This document shows positions 20,414 through 29,331 of a stretch of DNA of 64,000 bases, in pieces. The stretch spans positions 64,001 through 128,000 of the forward strand of contig CAVPVX010000010.1 of NCBI GenBank assembly GCA_963709345.1, in the 5' to 3' direction. A model generated the notes under the pieces. That model searched no databases, was not told the origin of the DNA, and saw only the letters and a program-made list of their open reading frames with translations. This stretch comes from an uncultured Actinomycetes bacterium. GTDB lineage: Bacteria > Actinomycetota > Thermoleophilia > UBA2241. A program made the position numbers and the translations under genes. Position 1 is the first letter of the stretch, and each line of letters opens with the position of its first letter.

Positions 20414-20660
20414 CTCCGTTCACTCCTCTGGCCGAGACCTCTCGCCCAGTCGCGACCCGCGGCGGGCGTACTCCTGGCGCCGTTTCCAGCGGTCACCGCA
20501 GCACAATGGCACGCCGCTGGGGCACTGTCAACACGGGGCTTGCAGATGCGAGGCCCAACGGCCGTGAGGTGTTGCGTCTGAACGCGAAAGAGCCATAATG
20601 CATTGTGAATGTTGGCAGAGTGGCTGGAAACCTTCTCATACTGCTACGAAAGGGCAGGAG

Positions 20661-21227
20661 ATGATCAGAGCGGGGCAGGCGCCGTTCGGGTCGACCGAGA
20701 TGGACGACCTCGATCGTCGCATCATGAAGCTGCTCCGCCCCAATGCACGCCGCTCGTACGCCAGCATCGCGCGCGCCGTCGGGGTATCGGAGCCGACGGT
20801 CCGCAATCGCGTCGACCGCCTCATCAAGAGGGGCGCGATCCTCCCCATGGCCAGGGTCAACCCGGCAGCCATCGGCCTCCCTGTCGATGCCATGGTCGGC
20901 ATCCGCGTGAACCGTGGTTACGCGAAGGCGGTCGGGGCGCATCTCGCGGCCATGGAGAACGTCTCGTACGTCGGCTACACGACCGGTTCGTTCGACATCC
21001 TCATCGAGGCGCACCTGCCGGACAACGAGGGCCTCTACTCGTTCCTGAACGAGGATCTCGATCGGATCGAGGGCATAGCTCACACTGAGACCTGGCACAT
21101 TCTGCGCGCCGACAAGGTCAACTTCGAGTGGGACGGCGAGAACGTCGGCAGGGAGCCCCTCGCCGACGATGAGCCGGAGGCCGCGCCCGCCGATCCTTCG
21201 GCGGCGGCCGGGGAGGTCGCATCGTGA
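20661..21227 (+). CDS. Lrp/AsnC family transcriptional regulator
   Basis: MDDLDRRIMKLL...SYASIARAVGVSEPTVRNRVDRL; TTGSFD. Confidence 0.92.
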   Translation: MIRAGQAPFGSTEMDDLDRRIMKLLRPNARRSYASIARAVGVSEPTVRNRVDRLIKRGAILPMARVNPAAIGLPVDAMVGIRVNRGYAKAVGAHLAAMENVSYVGYTTGSFDILIEAHLPDNEGLYSFLNEDLDRIEGIAHTETWHILRADKVNFEWDGENVGREPLADDEPEAAPADPSAAAGEVAS

Positions 21228-22168
21228 GGGTGGGCTGCGTCGGCCTCGGTCACATCGGCCGTCACCTCGCGAGCAGCCTGGTACGCGCCGGCCACGGCGT
21301 CACCGTCCACGACCTGGATCCGGCGGCGGCTCAGGGCCTCGTCGAGGCCGGCGCCTCGTGGGCAGACTCGCCGGCCGCCGTAGCGCGCGCGTCCGAGTCG
21401 GTGATCACCTGCCTGCCCTCCATCGCCGCCGTCACGGAGGTCGTCGCCGGCGCCGGCGGCCTCGCCAGCGGATTCGCGCCCGGCGGCACGTGGATCGAGA
21501 TGAGCACCAACAGCCCGCACGAACTGGCGCGACTGGCGGCGCTTCTCGCCGAGAAGGGCGTCTCCACACTGGAGGCGCCGGTCACGGGCGGCGTCCACAA
21601 TGCCGAATCGGCCACCATCACCGTGCTCGTAGGTGGCGATGAGGACGTCTTCGCGAGACACGAGGACGTCTTCGCGGCGGTCGGAGGCAGGACCATTTAT
21701 GTCGGCGCCCTCGGCAAGGCCTCGAGCATCAAGGTCATCACGAACATGCTGGCCTTCATCCACATCGCCGCGTCCGCGGAGGCGTTCATGCTGGCCAAGC
21801 GCAGCGGCATCGACCTGCGTCTGGCCTGGGAGATCATCCGCGCCAGCTCGGGTTCCAGCTTCATCCTCGAGACGGAGAGCACGACCATCCTCGGCGGGAG
21901 CTACGACGTCGGCTTCTCCTTCGATCTCTGCCTCAAGGACATGGGCCTGGCGCTGGCGCTGGGCCGCGAGCTCGACGTGCCGCTCGACATCGCCGGCACC
22001 GTCGAGCAGTTGTTCGTGCGCGGTCGCGCCCGCTACGGAGGCGGCGCCGAGTACGCCATGGTCGCCAAGCTGCTCGAGGAGGCCTGCGGCACCGACCTGC
22101 GGGCGCCCGGCTTTCCGACCACGCTCAAGGAGTATCTGGCCACGATGCCGCGCGCCGAGGGCGCTTGA
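21224..22168 (+). CDS. NAD(P)-dependent oxidoreductase, 3-hydroxyisobutyrate dehydrogenase family (paralog of 17996-18916)
   Basis: GCVGLGHIG, EAPVTGG; IKVITNMLAFIH and GTDLRAPGFP shared with the paralog. Confidence 0.88.
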   Translation: MRVGCVGLGHIGRHLASSLVRAGHGVTVHDLDPAAAQGLVEAGASWADSPAAVARASESVITCLPSIAAVTEVVAGAGGLASGFAPGGTWIEMSTNSPHELARLAALLAEKGVSTLEAPVTGGVHNAESATITVLVGGDEDVFARHEDVFAAVGGRTIYVGALGKASSIKVITNMLAFIHIAASAEAFMLAKRSGIDLRLAWEIIRASSGSSFILETESTTILGGSYDVGFSFDLCLKDMGLALALGRELDVPLDIAGTVEQLFVRGRARYGGGAEYAMVAKLLEEACGTDLRAPGFPTTLKEYLATMPRAEGA

Positions 22169-22220
22169 CATCCTTGGCCGCGGGTTGTGTAGTGAGGGAT
22201 TAATTGACCGGTCAGTTAGC
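22165..22220 (+). promoter_or_regulatory. Putative mtbB promoter (TTGACA) with palindromic operator TAATTGACCGGTCAGTTA
   Basis: TTGACA at 22165-22170; near-perfect 18-bp palindrome at 22201-22218; the -10 element is weak. Confidence 0.6.
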
Positions 22221-22256
22221 ACGCCGAGAGTGTTCGGCGAGATGAGGAGGGACAGC

Positions 22257-23645
22257 GTGACGAACGAGGTCCGGGTGCCGACCCGCATGGGCGACGGCAC
22301 CTTCACGCGCATGACGCGCGACGAGATGCGTGCAGATCTCGAGGCGGGGTCGGAGGCGGCGGCCAAGAGAGCCAAGGTGCCGCCGCTCGAGCAGGACGAG
22401 ATCGATCACCTTCTGGACATTTACGCCTCGCCGGCGCGCTTCACCGGCGTTGACGTCGGCGATGAGATCGTCCTGAGCTGCGACGGCACCGGCATGAAGA
22501 CCCATGCCACCCGCATCCAGGATCTGCAGTCGTACGAGCAGTGGATGGGCGCCGACCTGCTGGAACTCTGCGTCGGCGACTACTCGCTCAAGGTCGTGCG
22601 CACCATCCTCGCCTACGAGGCCCAGTACATGCACGACGCGCAGCTGTGCACGATCGCGCCGCTGCAGTACGGCGTGATGCCCAACCTGGGCCTCTACTCC
22701 AAGCCGGACGGGCCCTGCGACAACTGGAACGAGCTGCTCCCGCTCGGCAAGATCGCCGAGGCGCGGGCGGCCGAAGAAGAAGCGGTCGAGATGGCCGTCG
22801 TCGACATGGTCAAGCTCGCCGACTCGCAGTGGGAGGCGGGCGCCGACGCGATCGACTGGGACACCACCGGCGCCTCCGGCGACCCGGAGTTCCTCGCTGC
22901 GCTCAGGGCGACGAAGATCATCCGCGAGAAGCACCCCGACATGGGCGTGCAGCTGGGCATGGCCGGCGAGTTCGTGCTCGGCATGCACGGCGAGCTCGAG
23001 TGGGGCGGCAAGCGTCTCGCCGGCCTGTGGCCCAAGGACCAGCTGCTGCTGGCCCAGGAGGCCGGCGCGACGATGTTCGGGCCGGTGGTCAACGTCAACA
23101 CCGGCAAGTCGCTGGTGTGGAACATCGCTCGTGCCATCGCGCTCATCAAGCCGTGCATGGAGGTCGCTGAGATCCCGGTGCACCCCAACGCCGGGATGGG
23201 CGTCGGCGCCGTGCCGATGTTCGTGCACCCGCTTGCCGACGCCGTCTGCCGCTCGGCCAAGTCGTTCGTCGACCTGCTGCACGTCGACGGGTTGTAGGTG
23301 GGTTCGGGCGATCCCCACGGGATGCACAACGCCCACGCGCAAGCCGCGAGCATCGGCGGTATACGAGCAGCCGGAGACCTGGTGGCTCGGATGCAGATGA
23401 CTCGGGGCATGCGCCTCAAAGAAGCAAAGCAGTACGTCGCCGACAAGCTCGGCGTCACGCCGTTCGACCTCTCCGACCCGGCCGTCATGACCGACATCCG
23501 TGCGGAGCTGGGCTTCGGCGGCATCCACAGCTACGCGATCAGCCAGCCGTACCTGGCCAACCAGATCGAGGCGAAGTTCAACATCGCTCGCGCGCTCGAC
23601 GTTCCCATCAACTGCGTAGAGCGCTTCAAGGAGCGCACCGCCTGA
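22257..23645 (+). CDS. mtbB: Dimethylamine:corrinoid methyltransferase with in-frame TAG (23295-23297) predicted to encode pyrrolysine; 462 aa
   Basis: AGGAGG RBS and GTG start. MtbB motifs lie on both sides of the TAG in one frame: RMGDG, MPNLGLY, DTTGASGD, GMAGEFVLGMHG, LAGLWP, then VDGL*VGSGDP and RAAGDLVARM. Context matches VDGI-O-IGVGDP of Methanosarcina MtbB as I recall it. Confidence 0.93.
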
Positions 23646-23661
23646 GGAGGTGGGGCAGACC

Positions 23662-24291
23662 ATGAACGACCAGCTCAAGCAGGCCATCATCGCCGGCGAC
23701 GCCGGCGTGGCCACCGCGCTCACCACGGCGCTCCTCGCCACCGGGGCCACGGCGCGGGAGATCCTCGACTCCGCCCTGCTCCCCGGCATGGAGGTCGTCG
23801 GCACGCGCATGCGTGACGGCGAGTGCTTCATCCCCGAGGTGCTGCTCTCCGCCCGCGTCATGCAGGCCTGCCTCGACCTGTTGCGCCCGCACATGGCCGC
23901 CGGCGACGAGGCCGGCGGCGGCGTGGTCGTGATCGGCACCGTCGAGGGCGACCTGCACGACATCGGCAAGAACCTCGTCGGCATGCTCCTGCAGGGGGCC
24001 GGCTTCACGGTCGTCAACCTCGGCACCGGGGTGACGGCGGCCGACTTCGTCGCCGCCGTCAAGGAGCACGCGCCGAAGATCATCGGCATGAGCGCCCTGC
24101 TCACGACCACCCTGCCGCACATGGCCGAGACGATCGCCGCGCTCAAGGCCGAGGGCCTGCGCGACTCCGTCAAGGTGATGGTCGGCGGCGCCCCGGTGAC
24201 CGCCGCCTACGCCGACGAGATCGGCGCCGACGGCTACGGCGCCAACGCCGGCATGGCGGTGGAGCGGGCGAAGGAGCTGGTGACGGGCTGA
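23662..24291 (+). CDS. Methyltransferase cognate corrinoid protein (MtbC/MttC-like)
   Basis: Cap domain FIPEVLLSA; B12 motif GDLHDIGKNLV; SALLTTT; VMVGGAP. Confidence 0.93.
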   Translation: MNDQLKQAIIAGDAGVATALTTALLATGATAREILDSALLPGMEVVGTRMRDGECFIPEVLLSARVMQACLDLLRPHMAAGDEAGGGVVVIGTVEGDLHDIGKNLVGMLLQGAGFTVVNLGTGVTAADFVAAVKEHAPKIIGMSALLTTTLPHMAETIAALKAEGLRDSVKVMVGGAPVTAAYADEIGADGYGANAGMAVERAKELVTG

Positions 24292-24328
24292 CGGGAAGCG
24301 GGCGGCCGCGACGTCGCCTGCCGAGGAG

Positions 24329-24377
24329 GGTTGCCGGCCGGCGAGACAGTGACCGCCCGCGGAGCCGGCCGGCAACC
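24329..24377. repeat. Perfect 14-bp inverted repeat between the corrinoid gene and mttB
   Basis: GGTTGCCGGCCGGC (24329-24342) pairs with GCCGGCCGGCAACC (24364-24377). Confidence 0.8.
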
Positions 24378-24442
24378 GTTCTCGAAGCCACACGGACCGT
24401 CGACGGACGACCGGCGGTCAGGAGAGTGCAAGGGAGGTCGAG

Positions 24443-25912
24443 ATGAGACGCAATCCGCGCGCGGGAGCGCGCAAGAGTGGCGGCTTCAGGCTCGAGGTGT
24501 TCACCGACGAAGAGCTGCGCGAGATCCACCTCTCGACGCTCGAGGTGCTCTCGCGCACGGGCGTCTTCGTCGAGGATGACGAAGCGCTCGACATCTTCGA
24601 GAGGGCCGGCGCCGACGTCGACCGCGAGAAGAGCGTGGTGCGTCTTCCGGGTCACCTCGTCGACGACGCGATCCGCTCGGCGCCCTCGACGGTGGTCATG
24701 TGCGGCCGCGACCCGTCCAGGGACGTGGTGCTCGAGGACGGCCGCGTCGGATTCACCAACTTCGGCGAGGGCATCCAGGTCGTCGACCCGTACACCGGTG
24801 AGCTCCACGAGAGCCGCAAGCAGGACGTTGCCGACTGCACGAGGATCATCGATGCCCTGCCCGAGATCGACGTCGTGGAGCGGCCGCTCGGCGCCCACGA
24901 CGTGCCGCCGGACACAGCGTCGCTGCATAACGCCGAGGCGATCTTCAGCAACACCACGAAGCACGCCACCATCGGTCCCCTCTCGGGCTTCTGCGCCCGC
25001 AAGATGATCGACATGGCGGCGACGATCGTCGGGGGGCGGGACCAGCTGCGCCGCCGCCCGATCCTCTCGTTCCTCACCTGCCCGGTCAGCCCGCTCAAGC
25101 TGGTGAAGGACGCGTGCGAGATCATCATCGAGGGTGCCCGCGCCGGTATCCCGGTCAACGTCCTCTCCATGGCGATGGCCGGCGGTTCGTCGCCGGTCAG
25201 CCTGGCCGGCACGCTGGTCACGCACAACGCCGAGGTGCTCGCCGGCATCACGCTCGCGCAGCTCACTGAACGCGGAACGCCGGTGATCTACGGATCGTCG
25301 ACGACCGCCATGGACCTGCGCTTCGCCAGCGCCTCGGTGGGCAGCCCCGAGTGCGCGATGATCGGCGCCGGTGTGGCCTGCCTCGCCCGCTTCTACCTGC
25401 TGCCCAGCTGGGTGGCTGGTGCGTAGGGCGACTCCAAAGTGGCGGACGCCCAATCCGGCCATGAGAAGACGATCACCAGCCTGCTGCCGGCGTTGGCAGG
25501 GGCCAACCTGATCTACGGGCTGGGGATGCTGGAATCGGGCGTCACCATCGATTACGCGCAACTCGTCATGGACGCGGAGTTCGCGCGCATGGTCAAGTAC
25601 TGCGTGCCGGGGATCCCGGTCACCGACGAGACGCTGTCGGTGGACGTGATCGCCGAGGTAGGGCCGTTCCGCGACTTTCTCTCGCACGACGACACCTACA
25701 AAGGCATGCGCGGGCAGTCGCAGTCGAAGTTCATCGACCGGAAGGTCCGCGAGGAGTGGGCCGCTGCCGGGTCGACGACGATCTACGACCGCTCGCTGGC
25801 CGAGGCCCGGCGGATCCTCGAGACGCACACGCCGGATCCACTGCCGGACGAGGTCGCCGTGGAGCTCAGGTCGATCATCGTTGCTGCGGAGGCTGAGCTC
25901 GGCGTCAAGTGA
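24443..25912 (+). CDS. mttB: Trimethylamine:corrinoid methyltransferase with in-frame TAG (25424-25426) predicted to encode pyrrolysine; 489 aa
   Basis: GGAGG RBS; FTNFGEG, CPVSPL, MAMAGGSSPVSLAGTLVTHNAEVLAG, YGSSTT, PSWVAGA*GDSKVADAQSGHEKT, GANLIYGLGMLE, all in one frame. Confidence 0.93.
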
Positions 25913-25965
25913 CGACCGGCTGGATCCGTCGTTCCCGGGTCCGGACCGCCGTCGCTTCCGGCTTC

Positions 25966-26009
25966 GGGGCGCGACCGGCCTGCTGTCGTGTGCAGGCTGG
26001 TCGCGCCCC
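25966..26009 (+). terminator. 18-bp GC-rich hairpin after mttB (probable terminator without U-tract)
   Basis: GGGGCGCGACCGGCCTGC, 8-nt loop, GCAGGCTGGTCGCGCCCC (one G-U pair). Confidence 0.65.
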
Positions 26010-26202
26010 TCGCCGCGACCGCACCCGGACGTCTGGGCACACGCGATGATGTTCCCGAGGTAGCCCCGAGCCTTCCCGCTGGGGTACTGGCGTCGGCGAC
26101 GGTTACCTCCGGCACGCTCTCAAGATGCCCTCCCCCGGGTGACGACTCTCGCGCTTCGGCGCCATAGGCTTCGGGCGATGAATGGAGTCGACAGGAGGGA
26201 TC

Positions 26203-27708
26203 ATGGAACGCTCTGCTTTCACGGCCGGGAGACTGAAGCGGCTCGCGGCCGGAGCTGTGGCGGTCGGAGGGGCCGCCGTGGTGACCGGACTGATCATGCC
26301 GCGCGGGCCCGTGACCACGCTCGACGCGATCGTGACTCTCGCGGCGGGACTCGGGATCGGCCTCGTTGCCGGCTACGCGTGGCGCTCCCGCTGGGCGCTG
26401 CTCGCCTCGCCCGCGCTGTTCGCCCTGGTCTACGAGCTCGTGCGGCTTGGCGAGAGCGGCCCGACCGTCGACCGGATCACCCTGGCCTCCACCTACGGCA
26501 TCGTCGCCTTCGTGAGCGGGCGAGGCGTCCACGGCGCTTTCCTGCTGCTGCCGATGGTCCTCGGCAGCGGCGTCGGCGTGGCTGTTGCGCGCCGAGCGGC
26601 GGCTCCGGCGGCGCGTCCGCTCGGCGTGGGCGGCGTGGCGCGGCGCGTGGCCGTCGCCGCCGCCGCAGCAGCGCTTCTGGCGCTGACGGCTGGCCTCGCC
26701 GTGCCGGCCCGCACCGAGCCGATCCGTGACGTTGCCGGGGCCGTCGTCCCCGGCAGCATCGCCGAGCTCACCGCCATCGACGTCAACGGGACGGAGCAGG
26801 CGCTCATGGTCCGCGGCCGTCGCCAGGATGCGCCGGTACTCCTCTACTTGGCCGGTGGCCCCGGCGGCAGCGAGATCGGGTCCATGCGCAAGCTGAGCGA
26901 GAGCCTCGAGGAGCACTTCGTGGTCGCGACGTGGGACCAGCCGGGGTCGGGCAAATCCCTGTCGAGCTATCGCGACGACATGACGCTTGACGACATGGTC
27001 GACGATACGCTCGCCGTCACGGGCTACCTCCGCGAGCGCTTCGGTCGGCAGAAGGTCTACCTCGCCGGCAATTCGTGGGGGACCATCCTCGGCGTGCTCG
27101 CCGTTCAGAAGCGCCCCGAGTTCTATCACGCCTACGTCGGCACCGGGCAGATGGTCGATCCGGTCGCGACGGACCGGATGTTCTACGCGGACACCCTGGC
27201 GTGGGCCGAGCGGACCGGGCAGCGCAACCTCGTGGCGACGCTTCGCGAGAACGGTGAACCACCGTACGACGAACTCTGGAAGTACGAGCCGGCGCTCGCG
27301 CACGAGCACGACTGGAACCCGTACGCGATGGCGCCCGGGTTCCAGGAGAAGGGCGAGATGCCGGGCAACATCTTCGTCGCCGAGTACACGCTGCTCGAGA
27401 AGCTGCGGCTCATGGGCGGGTTCCTCGACACGTTCTCGGTGCTGTACCCGCAGCTTGCGGCCGCCGGCATCGACTTCCGGACGGCGGTCCCGACGCTGGA
27501 GGTGCCTGTCTACCTGGTCCAGGGCGCGCACGAGGCGCGAGGCCGGGCCGGGCTGGCTCGGGAGTGGTTCGAGCAGCTAGACGCGCCGAGCAAGCGCCTC
27601 ATCGTGTTCGAGCGTTCGGGCCACAAGCCGTCGTTCGAAGAACCTGCGCGCTTCACGGCGGTGATGACCGGCCTCGTCCTCGGTGGCGCGCACGCCGTGC
27701 GGCGCTGA
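26203..27708 (+). CDS. Membrane-anchored alpha/beta hydrolase (proline iminopeptidase-like)
   Basis: Several N-terminal TM segments; AGGPGG, WDQPGSGKS, nucleophile GNSWG, SGH. Confidence 0.85.
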   Translation: MERSAFTAGRLKRLAAGAVAVGGAAVVTGLIMPRGPVTTLDAIVTLAAGLGIGLVAGYAWRSRWALLASPALFALVYELVRLGESGPTVDRITLASTYGIVAFVSGRGVHGAFLLLPMVLGSGVGVAVARRAAAPAARPLGVGGVARRVAVAAAAAALLALTAGLAVPARTEPIRDVAGAVVPGSIAELTAIDVNGTEQALMVRGRRQDAPVLLYLAGGPGGSEIGSMRKLSESLEEHFVVATWDQPGSGKSLSSYRDDMTLDDMVDDTLAVTGYLRERFGRQKVYLAGNSWGTILGVLAVQKRPEFYHAYVGTGQMVDPVATDRMFYADTLAWAERTGQRNLVATLRENGEPPYDELWKYEPALAHEHDWNPYAMAPGFQEKGEMPGNIFVAEYTLLEKLRLMGGFLDTFSVLYPQLAAAGIDFRTAVPTLEVPVYLVQGAHEARGRAGLAREWFEQLDAPSKRLIVFERSGHKPSFEEPARFTAVMTGLVLGGAHAVRR

Positions 27709-27891
27709 CGTCTTGCCGGCGAGGGGCACGAAAGCGCCAGAGGCGCACGCCCCTCGCCGAACTTAAGTCGATACGAACTGCTGTGAAGAGCAAGATCGAC
27801 GTGCACTGGTCCTTGGAGCGGTGTAGTGTTCTGTGGAGCGCCTGCCGGTCTCGGCGAGCGCGTCGCCTAGAAACGCCGTCCAGGAGTGACG

Positions 27892-29331
27892 ATGCCAGAT
27901 AGCAGCATGGAGATCGGCGCCGGCCGGGTGAGCTTCCTCACCGAGGAGCAGAAGCAGCGCATCTACGAGGCCGCGCTTGGGATCCTGTCCGAGATCGGCA
28001 TGGTGGTGCTTCACGAGGAGGGTGAGGCCGTCATGCTCGCCGGCGACTGTGTCAAGGACGACGCCGGCCTCATCCACGTGTCCGCTGAGCTCGTAGAGCA
28101 GGCGCGCTCCACGGTCCCGGCCAGCTTCATGGTCTACGACCGCGCCGGCGAGCCGGCGATGGATCTGGGCGGCCGGCGCGCGTACTTTGGGAACGGTTCG
28201 GACGTGATGCATCTGCTTGACCTCGAGACTGGCGAGCGCCGCCTGGGCAAGCTCGAGGACGTCGGCGAGGCGGCGCGCCTCTGCGACGCCCTGCCCGAGA
28301 TCGACTTCGTCATGTCGGGCGCCTACCCCGACGGCATGGTCGCCGAGGAGGCGTACCCCAAGCAGTTCCGCGCCATGATCGAGGCGACGACCAAGCCACT
28401 CGTCATGACGGCCGGGGGCGTCGAGACCGTCGAGCCCATGTGGCGCATGGCCTGCGAGGTCCGCGGCGGCGCCGACGCGCTGCGCGACAAGCCGTACTTC
28501 GTCATGTACAACCAGCCCGTCAGCCCTCTCAAGCACCCCTTCGAGACCGTCGAGAAGCTGCTGTTCTGCGCCGACAAGGGCATCCCGTCCACGTACTGCC
28601 CGTCGCCGGTGGCCGGAGGGACCGCCCCCATCACCACCGCCGGCCAGATCACACTTGGCATCGCCGAGGCGCTCTTCGGCCTGGTCATGCACCAACTCCG
28701 TGTGCCCGGGGCCCCGTTCGTCATCGGCCAGGGCCCCAACACGCTCGACATGGCGACCTCTCAGTCGGCCTACAACTCGCCCGAGTTCATCCGCGCGTAC
28801 GCGTGCGAGGTCGAGATGGCCAAGTGGCTCGACCTGCCCAACTGGGGCTTCAGCGGTCACACCGACGCGCAGGTGGTGGACGCTCAGGCCGGCATGGAGG
28901 CCGACGAGATCACCAAGCTCTCCATGCAGCTCGGCGCCAACCTCAACCACGACGTCGGCTACATGGACTTCGGGCTCTCCGGGTCGCTCGCCGAGGTCGT
29001 CCTGGTCGCCGAATTCATCTCGCGCAACCGGCAGTTGCTCGAGGAGATCGAGGTCAGCGACGAGACGCTGGCCGTGGACGTGCTCAAGGCGGTCGGCCCC
29101 GGCGGCGACTTCCTCGGCCAGCGGCACACGCGGCGCCACCTGCGCAGCACCCAGTGGCGCGGGAAGCTGCTCAATCGCGCCAGCTACGACCGCTGGGCGG
29201 CGAACGGTGCCACGGACGCCACGGAGAAGGCGCGTTTGCGGGCGCTCGAGCTACTGGCAACGCACGAGGTGCCGGCGCTGCCGGACGGCCTCTGCGCACG
29301 GCTCGACGCAGTCATGGGCGGTCTCTCATGA
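27892..29331 (+). CDS. MttB-superfamily methyltransferase, non-pyrrolysine type
   Basis: PVSPLKH, AGGTAPIT, SGHTDAQVVDAQAG (His at the Pyl-equivalent site), VGPGGDFL. Confidence 0.88.
   Translation: MPDSSMEIGAGRVSFLTEEQKQRIYEAALGILSEIGMVVLHEEGEAVMLAGDCVKDDAGLIHVSAELVEQARSTVPASFMVYDRAGEPAMDLGGRRAYFGNGSDVMHLLDLETGERRLGKLEDVGEAARLCDALPEIDFVMSGAYPDGMVAEEAYPKQFRAMIEATTKPLVMTAGGVETVEPMWRMACEVRGGADALRDKPYFVMYNQPVSPLKHPFETVEKLLFCADKGIPSTYCPSPVAGGTAPITTAGQITLGIAEALFGLVMHQLRVPGAPFVIGQGPNTLDMATSQSAYNSPEFIRAYACEVEMAKWLDLPNWGFSGHTDAQVVDAQAGMEADEITKLSMQLGANLNHDVGYMDFGLSGSLAEVVLVAEFISRNRQLLEEIEVSDETLAVDVLKAVGPGGDFLGQRHTRRHLRSTQWRGKLLNRASYDRWAANGATDATEKARLRALELLATHEVPALPDGLCARLDAVMGGLS

Noticed and set aside
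23298-25912. ORF-track calls 23298-23645 and 25439-25912 as separate genes, or mtbB/mttB as pseudogenes
   Set aside because: They are in-frame continuations past a TAG at the conserved Pyl position and have no RBS of their own.
25913-26202. tRNA-Pyl or a cobalamin riboswitch in the intergenic regions near the methyltransferases
   Set aside because: No cloverleaf with a CUA anticodon and no B12 box visible by eye; an Infernal/ARAGORN scan would settle it.
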